Assembly (NCBI RefSeq): GCF_001194135.2 | Contig: NC_068981.1 | Coordinates: forward strand, 180,835,047 to 180,899,046 | From: Octopus bimaculoides | Lineage: Eukaryota | Reading direction: 5' to 3' | Length of the DNA: 64,000 nt | Part shown: positions 39,317-51,065 of the stretch, one piece after another | Position numbering within the stretch: the first letter of the stretch is position 1 | Layout: each line of letters starts with the position of its first letter | Notes under the pieces: generated by a model | Database searches by the model: none | What the model was told of the DNA's origin: nothing | Seen by the model: the letters and a program-made list of their open reading frames with translations, nothing else | Translations under genes and position numbers: made by a program

Positions 39317-39892
39317 TTTCAGAACAGTTAGTGTTATATGTTGATGGACAGCCATTGTATACAAATCCGGTTGAGCTGGCTGAAGTTAGGTCAATATTTG
39401 GACCAGACATCAAACAACCAGTAAAATTGAATCCCACCAGCAGTGCTGAACCATTTTGTAGTTTAACATTCCAAAGATTTTGGTTGAACGAGTCGTTTGC
39501 AATTAATTTTGTAAACAATATGTCAGGTCCTTTCTGCACTATAATTGAAAGATTGCCCAGGAGAAATTCAAACTTTACAAAATACCAGGCATTGTCATTT
39601 AAATTCTCACCTACTGTCACATTAGAAAGAGAACTGTTTATTTGCCATTCAAGGTTCAAAACTCCATTGTTCAGTGTTAATGTTAAGCTGTTACCAGTAG
39701 CACCAACTTGATGAAGTAATTTACCATTGGAACAAGTCCGAAAAGAAAGTCCAGAATTTGACTTAAGCTGCCAAATTTGAGATATATTGAGAAAGCCTGA
39801 TGCATTTAAATACACATTGTTTGATAAAGTAGTGGAGAATGATGATGATGATGTCTTTACTGGAGGGAGAAAAAAGGTAACCAGTAGTAGCC
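39317..39892 (-). CDS. crb: Crumbs-like gene, internal coding exon (576 nt, phase 1/1): C-terminal part of signal peptide plus N-terminal laminin-G-like domain
   Basis: Acceptor tttattttcag|GG at 39893 and donor GAAA|gtaagt at 39316. Open frame xLLLVTFFLPPVKTSSSSFSTTLSNNVYLNASGF..GLSFRTCSNGKLLHQ..LNDNAWYFVKFEFLLGNL..IANDSFN..LLVGFNFTGCLMSGPNI..GCP..NCSE. From memory this parallels the Drosophila Crumbs N-terminal domain (SFRSC..LLDNRWHTLQFKYEYGNL..FANSTYN..LILGNSFSGCLLDGPGL..GHCP). Confidence 0.88.
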
Positions 39893-39914
39893 CTGAAAAT
39901 AAAGAAAAATATAT

Positions 39915-39998
39915 ATAAATATTGAATTCTCATATTAACAATAATAAATTCTCATTAACAATAATAAATATTGAATTCTCATATTAACAATAATAAAG
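39915..39998. repeat. Short tandem duplication (aatattgaattctcatattaacaataata) just upstream of the crumbs exon acceptor
   Basis: Two full copies and one partial copy of a unit of about 30 bp. Confidence 0.7.
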
Positions 39999-40685
39999 TC
40001 AACAGGTTCCCAAAATATTTTGTCGTGCAACCTGCAGACAGTTTTCCAAAAATCATAAAACCCATACCTATATTCTTACCCCTGTTACCCTCACCTCTAC
40101 CCCATCCCAATTTCAAGAAAACATTAAATGAAACAAGAACTTATGAATTTGAAAATGGTGAATAACATTTTTTCCTGAAAAAACTTCTAACAAGTTGGGC
40201 AAGTTGGCAACCTGGCCAGTCCGCCACTGTTCTACAATATGCAAAATGTTTTAATTCCTAATAATATTTATAGATATACAGTAGGATGGTTTTTTTATAC
40301 ATATCAAATATATATGGAGGGCCAGTGGAGAAAAATAGGCATCAAAAGGGGTTCATAGGAAAAACGGTTGAGAATCACTTCTGTAAGGTAATTGGATATA
40401 CTGAATATAGAAGTTATAAGCTGTGGACAAGATATCAAATTTTAATGGGGTACCTTTTTGGAAAAGGTACACTGAATTTAACTGTCATCTGACAAGGCTT
40501 TTAATACTGTTAGCCTTCTTATTTTATAAAATATAAATTATTATTACCTTTTACTTTTAACAACCAGAAACCGTGACAAAAAGTAAAAGTAATGTGCTAA
40601 ACTCAAGGACTACCTTGTTTCAAAATATTACAAAATTTTACACAGACTAAAACTGGAATTTCAGAATGAAAGTGGGCTGTATATA

Positions 40686-40814
40686 TTACACACACACACA
40701 AACATTACACACACAAAGACACATATATACACACACACATGCACAAACACACATATATACATACACACAAACATATATACATACATATATATATACATAT
40801 ATATATATACATAC

Positions 40815-40883
<69 letters not shown>

Positions 40884-40921
40884 AATAAATATATATATGT
40901 GTGTGTGTGTGTGTATATATA
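40686..40921. repeat. Compound (CA)/(TA)/(TG) microsatellite
   Basis: Direct inspection. Many other (TA)n, (CA)n and (GA)n tracts occur, and most N gaps abut (TA)n. Confidence 0.9.
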
Positions 40922-41499
40922 AACACTTTCTTTCAAGTAGGGTTTGTATAGATGTATAAAAGAAGCATGAGAAAGTAATAAAAATGTGAGAATTTCATTG
41001 TGTAAACTCCGTGTTATTAGCGTAAACACTGTTTAACAAGTGTAAACACATTTACATATTTATAATTAAACTGTAGTTTACTCATCTATACAATATATAG
41101 ATCACTTTCTAGCTCCACCCAAAACTCTCCCTTCTAAAATGTGAGTAGTCATGTAACACCTCTACTGCAAGAAACCTGTTCTACTCCAGCCTTTTCTTCT
41201 TATACTTTACCCCTCTCTCTACTCCTTATTCTCCAAGCATAAAGTTGCCTCCCACTCGTCTCAGGGTCTGTTGTCTCACAAGCTGCATTGCAACCCCCAC
41301 ATGTGCTGGTTGCATGAAAAATGTACCTGGTGCATGCTGTAGAGTGCTTGGTGTTAGAAAGAGCATCCAACTGTGAAATTTAACATCTGTTTTTCATGCA
41401 GGCATGGGTGGGACGGTTTGTCAGTTATTAGAGGGGAGATAATCATTTTTTTATCATAATTTGTGCGATTAGAAATTTGGATTTGAAATTAAGAAAATT

Positions 41500-42209
41500 G
41501 GAAGAGTTACATTTGAAGAATAATCTAGATGACAGGTTGTGTAAAAGATGCCCACTTCATTTGAGTGTTGAGGATATATTTATATTAAATGGCTCAACTG
41601 TTACAATCGCAACGACTTAGGACCCGAGAATCTACATGTTATAAAGGAATGTCCAGTAATTTACTGGGAGATACAGTAACTGGTGCAGTTTATCATCAAA
41701 AGGTTTGATTGGAGCACTCTTTTTTGACAGTACTGTAACTGGTTCCATTTACCAGAACTTGTTGAAGCAATCTGACATGTCAAGCATTCAAAGAGGACCT
41801 TGAAGATGTGGAATTTTATTCCCAGCAAGATGGGGACCCTTCATGCTACTATAATAATGTAAGGACGTACCTTGATTAGATTTTAACAAATAGGTGGATT
41901 GGATGAAGAGTTTCAGTAGAATACCCTTCGCATTCACTGGACCCCAAATCAGTAGATTTTTAAAGCGATACTTAAAAGATAAGTTTACATATAAAACTAA
42001 CAATAGTTAAAGAATTTGGGTACAACCATTGAACGAGAATGCGCTCAAATAGCGAACAAAATGCTTCTTGATGTTTGCAATCCCATTACTTCGTGTTATC
42101 AACAATGTCTGGACCAGAAATTTCATCAGTTTGAAAACAGACGTCCATGAAATAATTAATACACACTGACTTTAAAAGCGATGTCCATACGTTTCTTGGG
42201 ACACCCTAT
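41500..42209 (+). mobile_element. Tc1/mariner-superfamily transposase relic
   Basis: ..[57 protein letters not shown]..; ends in TIR-like ttgggacaccct. Confidence 0.75.
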
Positions 42210-42796
42210 TATGTACGTACATACATATATGCATGCATACATTCAATTACATCGAAGAAAAGTTATGACAGCCATTTAAAACACATATACCATATAGTTA
42301 TTATTCACTTTTGTCAAATAAAGTGTCAAAAAGTTTCGCTGTGCATCTGCAACTTGGACAATATGACGTAACATTTTGGCATTTTAAACTGCAGAATACT
42401 ATCAATAAATTAAAACAAAAATGAATGCGTGTGTGTGCGTGCGTGTTAGTCATGAATTTCTCTCAAGTTTCTTTCGCAGTTTCAACAAACGATTTCAGAA
42501 TAAAATCGCTTGTCAAACAAGCTCTGAAATATATAGGCTAAGACTCGGCTGTAATACGAATATGTACGTTAGTTTGTATCAGAGTTGTGCAGAGCCGAGT
42601 TAGGATTCTTGATTTCAACATTTTCTAATTTTCCATTCATAGAATTAAATCTTTTAGAACATTGTCATTTTACAGGATTTTGCTGGCAAATTCTTAAATT
42701 AACATAAACGTTTATTTATATGAAAGAAAATTACCGGGAAACTTTCTTCTAATTCTTTCTGTTAAATCTATATTTAAACCATTTGTGGGGAATTCT

Positions 42797-44585
42797 TTTT
42801 TATCATAACAACTGGTTGCCCACCGCAAGATTTAACCGAACCAAGCCAGTATGCTCGCAGCATAACCACAGGTGATGGAGAGGCTAAGGCGTTTGGAAAG
42901 CCAAGCGCCCTCACGGGCATCACCTGACACCTTGGTGAGGTGAGCTGCCAATGTTGACAAGGATTTCGCGTTTAGTGGCCCAGTCCCTCCGAACATCTCA
43001 GTCACCACATATTGGAAGAGATAGTTCACTATCAGGTCTCGATACTTCAGGGTTTTCTTCCATTCGGCTACGGAAGCAGTGGCCCTTCCATTAACTGCAG
43101 CATCTAGGATGTGGGAGGGAGCAAAGGAGTTGCAGACTGTGGCGTCCTAAATGAGGCACCTACCTCTAACCCAGGGATAGAGGGTAAGACCATCTGGTCT
43201 CTTTCCATCACTTCTGGTTAACCCCGACGGCTCCAGAACTGAGGGGATATTACTCCGAGCCAGGGCCCACTAAATGATTAGGTTTAGCTTGGTGTGGTGA
43301 GCGAAGCGATAAGCATTTAGGCGGCAAGACAGACCACGAAGACCTGTGGGGTTGAGAGGCCTACCACAGTGACATCTCAGTCCCCTACAAATGTCAGCTC
43401 CTACTCTGAGTGCCATACAGATGCGGAATCAGTGGTGGCTCGTGTATAGGCATTACGGACCTGCAGCACCCCCTATTTCCACTCGATATTATTGATGACA
43501 TTCAATATAATGAGTCCTTTTTTCTTTAATTCTTTCTTTATACTTGTACATTATATAATCCTTAAGCTTAATGTCAGTAGCCATCGCCCAGTTTATGAAA
43601 AAAATACAAAAATCCTTGTATAGAACTGTGCACTTTACAGTTCCAGCGACGCGGTGGTTGGCTGTTGTACGCATGCTCACATGTCCGAGAGAGAGAGAGA
43701 GAGAGCACTGAGTGAGCGACAGTGCTGATCCCAGTGTTCCGGTGAAAGGTAGTGTCTCTTTTTGACTGCGTGTGTTGCGCTTAAAAATGCGTAGAAGTAG
43801 ATTATTATCTTGCTTCCAGCGTCAGTGTTGCTGCCAGGATGTGAAAAATAGGCCACATTTCCCCCCCCTTATTTTGTGATTTAGGGTGGATTTTTGAAAA
43901 ACAAGGGGGAATTCACGGCTGTGTTCAATAAACAAATTAAACACACTACACGGCAGTGGCTAAAACGCGAACCGATTAAATTTATGTATAAATTTTCTTC
44001 TTATATATTTATTTCCTTTTACACAATATTAAAACAACGGCTAAAAATTTTCTGAAGCAGCACCCCACTAATTTTATTTACGAGCCGCCACTGTGCAGAG
44101 CTCATCTAGACCGAGTTGGTCACAGGCAAGGCATCAAATCAATCCAGTTCCCCGAGAATTTTGCACTAGCTGAGAGTAGGCGACACCTTGAAGATTGATC
44201 AGAATTGATCAAGGAGAGAGTTGAAAGTGGCACCTGAACGCAGAGTGCCCCATACTCTGTTTTTGCCTATCTTCCACTGTAACCGGAACTGACAAACCTA
44301 GATCTCTCCACTGTGATAGAGCTTCATCCATCTCCCTGTTGGAATCAGTCCATGTTGGAGAGGTGAGATGTTGCCTACCGAAGAGGAGCAAGCGGGAGTC
44401 TGGGGAAGAGTTTGACATTGACCAAGCATTCGAGTTTCCTGAAGATTAGGTCGTCAAAGTATTTGAGGGACGACAGGAATCTGTAAGAGGAACAAACTCT
44501 CGGAAAATACAACAGCTTAGGAATTGACAAGTAATTCCTAAGTATAAAAAAAACCTTGATGGGGCTCAATTATCTTAAGGTTTTT
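42797..44585 (-). mobile_element. 5'-truncated CRE-clade (RLE endonuclease) non-LTR retrotransposon, decayed, interrupted by a MITE
   Basis: FFILRNYLSIPKLLYF..(RT C-terminus)..CDQLGLDEL|[71 protein letters not shown]: Cys/His knuckle plus PD..D restriction-like endonuclease. Contains stops and frameshifts. Confidence 0.85.
43430..44093. mobile_element. hAT-type MITE (664 bp) nested in the CRE-like element
   Basis: TIR cagtggtggctcgt / acgagccgccactg; degenerate 8-bp TSD tgcggaat / tgcagagc. The CRE peptide continues across the insertion. Confidence 0.75.
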
Positions 44586-44824
44586 GAAAGTTGTTCAATC
44601 CATAAATGGGACGTTTCAGTGTCAAACAGGATAAATTTACTGGCCAGGTCACCAAGACACTTCAAATGAGGACTGCCTTAGTCAAACTGAGACGCATGGT
44701 ATGGTTAACTGATGAGTGTACACACACATATGTACTAAAGGAGCAGACCTGTGGTCAGCAACAACCATCCTGTCTTTCTAGAGTTTTGAAGGACAATTAT
44801 CTTATGTATCTTTTATTTTTCCAG

Positions 44825-45008
44825 ACAGTTGGACAAATTTGATGAAAATTTGGCTGCTATTTTTAGAAGATTGAGTGACAACGTAGAAATTCCCTTATAT
44901 ATTGAAACGCTTGATGTTGGAGAAATCCAACAAAATAACAAAAAGAAAGAGAGGAGAAGGTTGAAGAGAAAGACTGGTTCGACAGAAAAACACTTGCTAC
45001 ATTCCTAA
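44825..45008 (+). other. Candidate terminal coding exon of an unidentified plus-strand gene
   Basis: cttttatttttccag acceptor followed by 60 open codons (QLDKFDENLAAIFRRLSDNVEIPLYIETLDVGEIQQNNKKKERRRLKRKTGSTEKHLLHS*). No family recognised. Confidence 0.3.
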
Positions 45009-45267
45009 ATACTTGAGATGTTTGGGATTTAACATTTAGAAAAAATGTTTGAACTATTGGAAATGTGTCAATAATAATAATCGCTATCATTATTTCTTAA
45101 AATATTTCTTCATCGTAAAGATTTCTTTTATTTACTACTAGGGTGATGGATGTAGTCAGTCAAAGACCTAATTGTGATTGTTTTTGGAAAAAGGATGTGG
45201 TCGAGTACTTGATTGTTATTTATTTTGACACCGAAGGTGACTCAGAATGTAAAGAGGTAGAAATAAA

Positions 45268-45447
45268 TAATCTTTTCTACTATAGGCACAAGGCCTGAAA
45301 TTTTGGAGCAGGGAACTAGTCGACCTCGAAAGGATTAAAGGAAAAATTAATCTCGACGGAACTTGAACTCAGAACGTAAAAACTGGAAGGTATTCCGCTG
45401 AACATTTTGTCTGGCGTACTAACGACTCTGCCAGCTCATCACCTTAG
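45268..45447 (-). mobile_element. SINE family D copy
   Basis: aatcttttctactataggcacaaggcctgaaa..ctgccagctcatcacctt. Confidence 0.7.
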
Positions 45448-47449
45448 AGGTGAAAATAATGCAACGCATTTCTTTCAGTACTTTAGCAGTTTTGTAACTC
45501 ACGACGGTTACTAAAAATAATATTTTTAGTAATTTAAGCATATGACTAGCGATTTTAAGATGGGGGAGATTAATCGATTACATCAACCTTAGTACTTGTC
45601 TGGTAATTTATTTTATCGACCTAGGAGGGATAAAAGACAAAGACGGCCTTGGCGGTATCTGAACCCAGAACAAAATACTGCAAGGCATTTTTCCGACACT
45701 AGCAATTCTACAAATCCCTAACATGTCCGTAATTTTTCCCGAAAACATACACATACAGCAATATTTCACTAAACGATCTCCTACTTTAATGAACTTTTGG
45801 AATTAACCTATTATCGAAACACAATTATTTTTATTCACAAAAGGATTAATAAATAATCTATTACAATCATGAAACGGATGTAATAGTTGATCGGCAGACT
45901 TTCGGAATAGCTATCACTACCTTATGGAGAAGGAAAATGGCAAAGAATTGGGATGATTGTTTCATAGTTTATTTACTAATCCTTTTGTTTATTGACTTCG
46001 AAACTGTTTCAACTAAGATCATTTTCAGCCATTCGGTTGATTGTGTCATTTCACTAAGCCTAGTAATAATAAGTACATAGTTTTTTATGCAAACAATATT
46101 AAATACAAAAAAAAAACTAAGAAAATAAAACTACTCCAGTGTCCCATAACAACATCAGTTCAGTAACTGAATCACACTGAAGAAATAACAATCACCTGAC
46201 AATTGGTTCTTTATTTACTACAAAGTCCGTGAATGGGAAACATAACGAACATTAATTTCAAAACTGGATATTTCTTTATACAATGAGGGGGAAAAAATAG
46301 ACGAGATGAAAAGAAAATATTAAAATTATAGGCATTGTAACCATGCCAAATTATGAAATGAACAAATATATACATCCTAAAAGATGGGCAACCAAGAAAG
46401 TAAAATTCGGGAATCCTACAAGTCCCCTTCAGTAGCAAAGTAAATGCTTTCTTCTTACTATGAAATTATAGGTGAAAATTAAGTGGAACCATCGTGTCCT
46501 GCCAAGCTCACAACTCTCACCCATATTTCAGCATATTTACTGGAAGGCAGACTTCCTTCTCCACTATCGTCTTTCTCTTCGAGTGATCTAAAAAGTTAAA
46601 GGTGTAGTCTTAGAGTAAAAACCCTGCTTTTAGTTATCTTCACAACATCACATTCACCAGATACAGGAGAACTACCTGTCCTTCCTTGCCAACTGATAAT
46701 AATTTCTAACATGGGCACAAGGCCAAGAAATTTGGGGGAAGCAGAACAGTCGATTCTATTGATCCCCAATACTTGATTGGCATTTTATTGAATCAGGGGG
46801 GTAAAATGATAGAGAAAAATGTCAAAGGAAAAAAGTCACAGCTACAAGAACGCCTTTATAACTTGTAAGTTTACAGGAGAACCACAAGACAAAAGTTTCT
46901 TCTTGGCGTCAGCTGGACTATTCGTCTTAACATTTAAAATACTGAATATACACGTAATGCCACGATACTATGTAAGGTGTTGTCAATCCTTGTATATGTC
47001 ATGTATTGTCAGCAACTGACTTAACATTTTTTTTTGTCCCATTGTCTGAATTTGCTTATGAAATTGAATAAAATGGTTGGGGTTTTTTTCCACGTTTAAT
47101 GCCATCATAAATAAATCATGTACAAGTCATGTATTGTCAGTTAATAACTGATTTAAAATAACTTTTGTTTTATTATTTGAATTGTTTATAGTATTTAAAT
47201 AAAATGTGGCTTTCTCCTAGCTATTATTGTGACTTTTTTTCAAAACACCATTTTATTTTAATGATCCTAGAAGAATAAAGGCAAAGTTGTCATCGGTAGA
47301 ATTTGAACTCGAGACTTGAAGAAACTGAAACAAGTATCACAAAGCATTTTCTCACTGTCAAATGAGTTTGCCAATCTACCACCCTAATAAACGATATTAT
47401 TTTAAATATATATACATATCAGCGACAGAGGTAATATTAAAGCCAAGCC

Positions 47450-47851
47450 GGCGATCTTTCGGTACGAGTTGCTAAATGGCCTTTTCCGTAAAAAGTGTCT
47501 TCGGCGATCTTTACCAAAGATCGGCCTTTTCCGTAACACCCGCACGATCTTCACTATGGTGTTAGGGTTAGGGTTTTAGTGTCAGGGTTTTAGGGTTACG
47601 GTTTAGGGTTACGGTTAGGGACGAAATTTCCTAACGCAAACCCTAAAACCCAAACCCTAACCGTAAACCTAACCCTAACTCTAAACCCTTCAAAATAAAT
47701 CGCGCTCTGTGTATGTCTTTCGCCGTTATGACGTCGTTTCCCTGTTTCTCTCCAACACTTTTTACGGAAAAGGCCGATCTTTGGTAAAAATCGCCGAAGA
47801 CACTTTTTAGGGAAAAGGCCGATATTTAGGAACTCGTACCGAAAGATCGCC
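47450..47851. mobile_element. Merlin-type non-autonomous DNA transposon (402 bp) with internal telomere-like repeats
   Basis: TIRs of about 90 bp starting GGCGATCTTTCGGTACGAGTT, with internal repeats; perfect 8-bp TSD gccaagcc at 47442-47449 and 47852-47859. 5'-GG termini and 8-9-bp TSDs are Merlin hallmarks. Confidence 0.8.
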
Positions 47852-48397
47852 GCCAAGCCAATGAGTTTCTTTCATGGTAACTACCGCAGTATAGTTTGTC
47901 TAACAGAACACTCACGTTTAAGTAGGGATAAATACAACCTCCGATATATTTTTATATTAGCACATTAGCTCAAATCTGTAGGTGAATTTAGTGAATTGAA
48001 TTGAAGAATATCTATTTTATTAACTGGGGAGATAGCAAACGAAGTCAACTAAAAAGGCAAAATTAATAATGAAGTCTCACATTGGAACGAGGAGAGAGGA
48101 ATAGTAAATCGACTATTGGTAAATTGCTACGTTTTTATTTATTTACAACGAACAGAGATAAAAGGCAAAACTGACTGAATTCTGAAAGACATCGTCAACA
48201 GCTCTCCTGAGTACACCAGAAAATGCCTCTGTGTGATAAAGTTACCATACTAGAAGACATGTCGAAATAGAGATTATGTCGTATTTATCTAAATATTGTC
48301 AGGGATCGCCGAAACAAAAATTCTCAATCGATATATCAATTCTAACAAACAATATGTCTCCAAAATGGAGTGTTTAATTATCCAGTTATGTGTTGTG

Positions 48398-48791
48398 TGT
48401 TGGCACTCCGTCGCTTACGACATCGAGGGTTCCAGTTGATCCGATCAACGGAACAGCCTGCTCGTGAAATTAACGTTTACGACGTCGAGGGTTCCAGTTG
48501 ATCCGATCAACGGAACAGCCTGCTCGTGAAATTAACGTGCAAGTAGCTGAGCACTCCACAGACACGTGTACCCTTAACGTAGTTCTCGGGGATATTCAGC
48601 GTGACACAGTGTGACAAGGCTGGCCCCTTTGAATTACAGGGCACAACAGAAACAGGAAGTAAGAGTGAGAGAAAGTTGTGGTGAAAGAGTACGGCAGGGT
48701 TCCTTGTGGAACTTTAGGTGTTTTCGCTCAATAAACACTCACAACGCGAAACCGCGAGTCCGCTGCCCTAACCACTGGACCATTGCGCCTC
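48398..48791 (-). mobile_element. SINE family C copy with an internal tandem duplication of about 60 bp
   Basis: acgac(a/g)tcgagggttccagttgatccgatcaacggaacagcctgctcgtgaaattaacgt occurs twice at about 48417-48540. Confidence 0.85.
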
Positions 48792-50699
48792 TATCCAGTT
48801 ATAAGGATCTGGAAATAAATATATCCAGAATGTGGGGTGGGGGACTAAAAGAAACAATTACTATAATTAATAGGGGCCTTGGGAATTATATAAAACCGAA
48901 AAGATATAAAATACGTAACTGAAACTCCAGACCTTACACACACATCTTACAGAAGACAACACAACTAGTTATGATTACACACTGTAATTTTCAAGACAAA
49001 AGAAGAAAAAAAACACTGAACGTTGCTCAAGGGACGATGTTGTGCAATAAAATAAAACTAATGAAATAATAATGAATTGTTTCATAATGAAACAAGATCT
49101 GATGGAAGAATAAAGTAAGGAAATGGACAATATCAGATAGTGGCGAATTAGTCCAGTTATCAGAGGAGCACTGCAGTAAAAGTGTCTGTTGTCTGTGCTT
49201 GAGTTAAAATATTGCTCAGGTTAACTTTGCTTTTCATCCCTTTCAGTGTCGATAAATACGTAAGGTAGATACCTTGGGCTGGTGCCAGCACACTCTCTCT
49301 CTCTCTCTCTCTCTGAAAGAAATCAACTAGATCTAAAGGATAGGATCCAAGAGGTCTAAAAATGCCTAAGACGCATCTTACGTCAAAATGTACCCTATGA
49401 TTCCATCAGGAACTGAAGGCTCAAGGCTATAATACAATAAATAATTAATTACGTTTATTAAAAGCATTTTTTATAACTAGGAATCTTAAGTTCTTTATTT
49501 TCATTATACTTTAACTTAGGTGAAATTGAAAGTGATCAACTTTCCAATCACATAATGTGTGCGCATTATAATTNNNNNNNNNNNNNNNNNNNNNNNNNNN
49601 NNNNNNNNNNNNNNNNNNNNNNNNNNNNNNNNNNNNNNNNNNNNNNNNNNNNNNNNNNNNNNNNNNNNNNNNNNNNNNNNNNNNNNNNNNNNNNNNNNNN
49701 NNNNNNNNNNNNNNNNNNNNNNNNNNNNNNNNNNNNNNNNNNNNNNNNNNNNNNNNNNNNNNNNNNNNNNNNNNNNNNNNNNNNNNNNNNNNNNNNNNNN
49801 NNNNNNNNNNNNNNNNNNNNNNNNNNNNNNNNNNNNNNNNNNNNNNNNNNNNNNNNNNNNNNNNNNNNNNNNNNNNNNNNNNNNNNNNNNNNNNNNNNNN
49901 NNNNNNNNNNNNNNNNNNNNNNNNNNNNNNNNNNNNNNNNNNNNNNNNNNNNNNNNNNNNNNNNNNNNNNNNNNNNNNNNNNNNNNNNNNNNNNNNNNNN
50001 NNNNNNNNNNNNNNNNNNNNNNNNNNNNNNNNNNNNNNNNNNNNNNNNNNNNNNNNNNNNNNNNNNNNNNNNNNNNNNNNNNNNNNNNGTAAATCTCGTA
50101 GTAGATAAAGCTATAAATAATGGCAGAACGCCTATCATTTTTACAGGAGAGGTACGTCCATGTCCCACGAACCCAATATTTACATGGTATTCTGAATAGC
50201 TTTATCTACGTCGAGATACAGCATTCTCCAAACGAGAATTAGGTTAATCGTGAATTTTCCGAGTTCTCTCTCCACGCCCACCACCGTTCGTCAGCGCGCA
50301 TTTTTTCTTCTATTCGTTCACTACGCATTATTTTACACCTATTAACACTATTTGTTTTGTTTTTTTCATTTTTGTGACCGAGTCTTAAACTAGAGATTAA
50401 CCGAGTATTATTTTACATTCTCTCAAAGTTTCTAAATTCTTATGATGTCACCAATACACACACACAAAATTCCCCCGCTCAAAGGCTTGTATACGCCATC
50501 TTATTGACAAGTCAATCACTGTAAAACTATTAGAAATCTATAACTATATTATTCTACCAGTCACAACATGTATTGTGGTGTCACGCTTATAACAACATTA
50601 GCAGAGAATATTTATTTTATTAATCTAGTTTTACAAAATTAAATCAGAAAATTGGACAAAACAGAGAACACAATTGAAAAAATTAAAAAGTAAAAGAGA

Positions 50700-51065
50700 A
50701 AAAAAAAAACAATTAACCACCTTAGGTTGAAAAGTTGGGGGCGCTGGGAAATCTCTCTAATGGCTATTGAGACTCGCCAGCACGCTTGCAGCGTTGCCGC
50801 GGGTGATGGCGAGGCTGATGCGCTGGAACAGCCAAGTGCCCTCACGAGCCTCACCAGTTACCTCTGCTAGCCGAGTTGCCAGCGAAGACAGGAATCTCGC
50901 AGTTAGTGGTCCGACCCCACCAAACGTCTCGAACGCCACAGGATGAAAAATGTAGTTGGCCGACAGATCGTAGTATTTTAGGATTTTGTTCCGCTCGGCC
51001 ACAGTAGCTGTGGATCTCGCCCTGTCCGCAGCATCCAGGATATGAGAAGAGAAGAAGCAAATGAG
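50700..51065 (-). mobile_element. Second CRE-clade RLE retrotransposon 3' fragment
   Basis: SHILDAADRARSTATVAERNKILKYYDLSANYIFHPVAFETFGGVGP..FQRISLAITRGNAASVLASLNSH*. Confidence 0.85.

Noticed and set aside
39331-39711. 126-aa plus-strand ORF
   Set aside because: Antisense shadow of the LamG exon.
42290-42610. Unique, 5'-UTR-like stretch as candidate crumbs exon 1 (minus-strand MLRHIVQVADAQRNFLTLYLTK..)
   Set aside because: Its plausible donors (gtgaat, gtatat) are phase 0, whereas the next exon needs phase 1, and the peptide is not signal-like. Exon 1 may lie in a gap or outside the window.
47561-47687. True chromosome end-to-end fusion site
   Set aside because: The arrays are short, degenerate and enclosed by TIRs with a perfect TSD, so they are transposon cargo.
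48417-48540. CRISPR-like or other functional direct-repeat array
   Set aside because: Only a two-copy duplication inside a SINE. No spacers, no cas genes, and the context is eukaryotic.
50093-50218. 22-bp inverted repeat pair (atctcg..gtagataaagctat)
   Set aside because: Probably a small MITE, but the left flank abuts a gap so the TSD cannot be verified; nothing suggests more.
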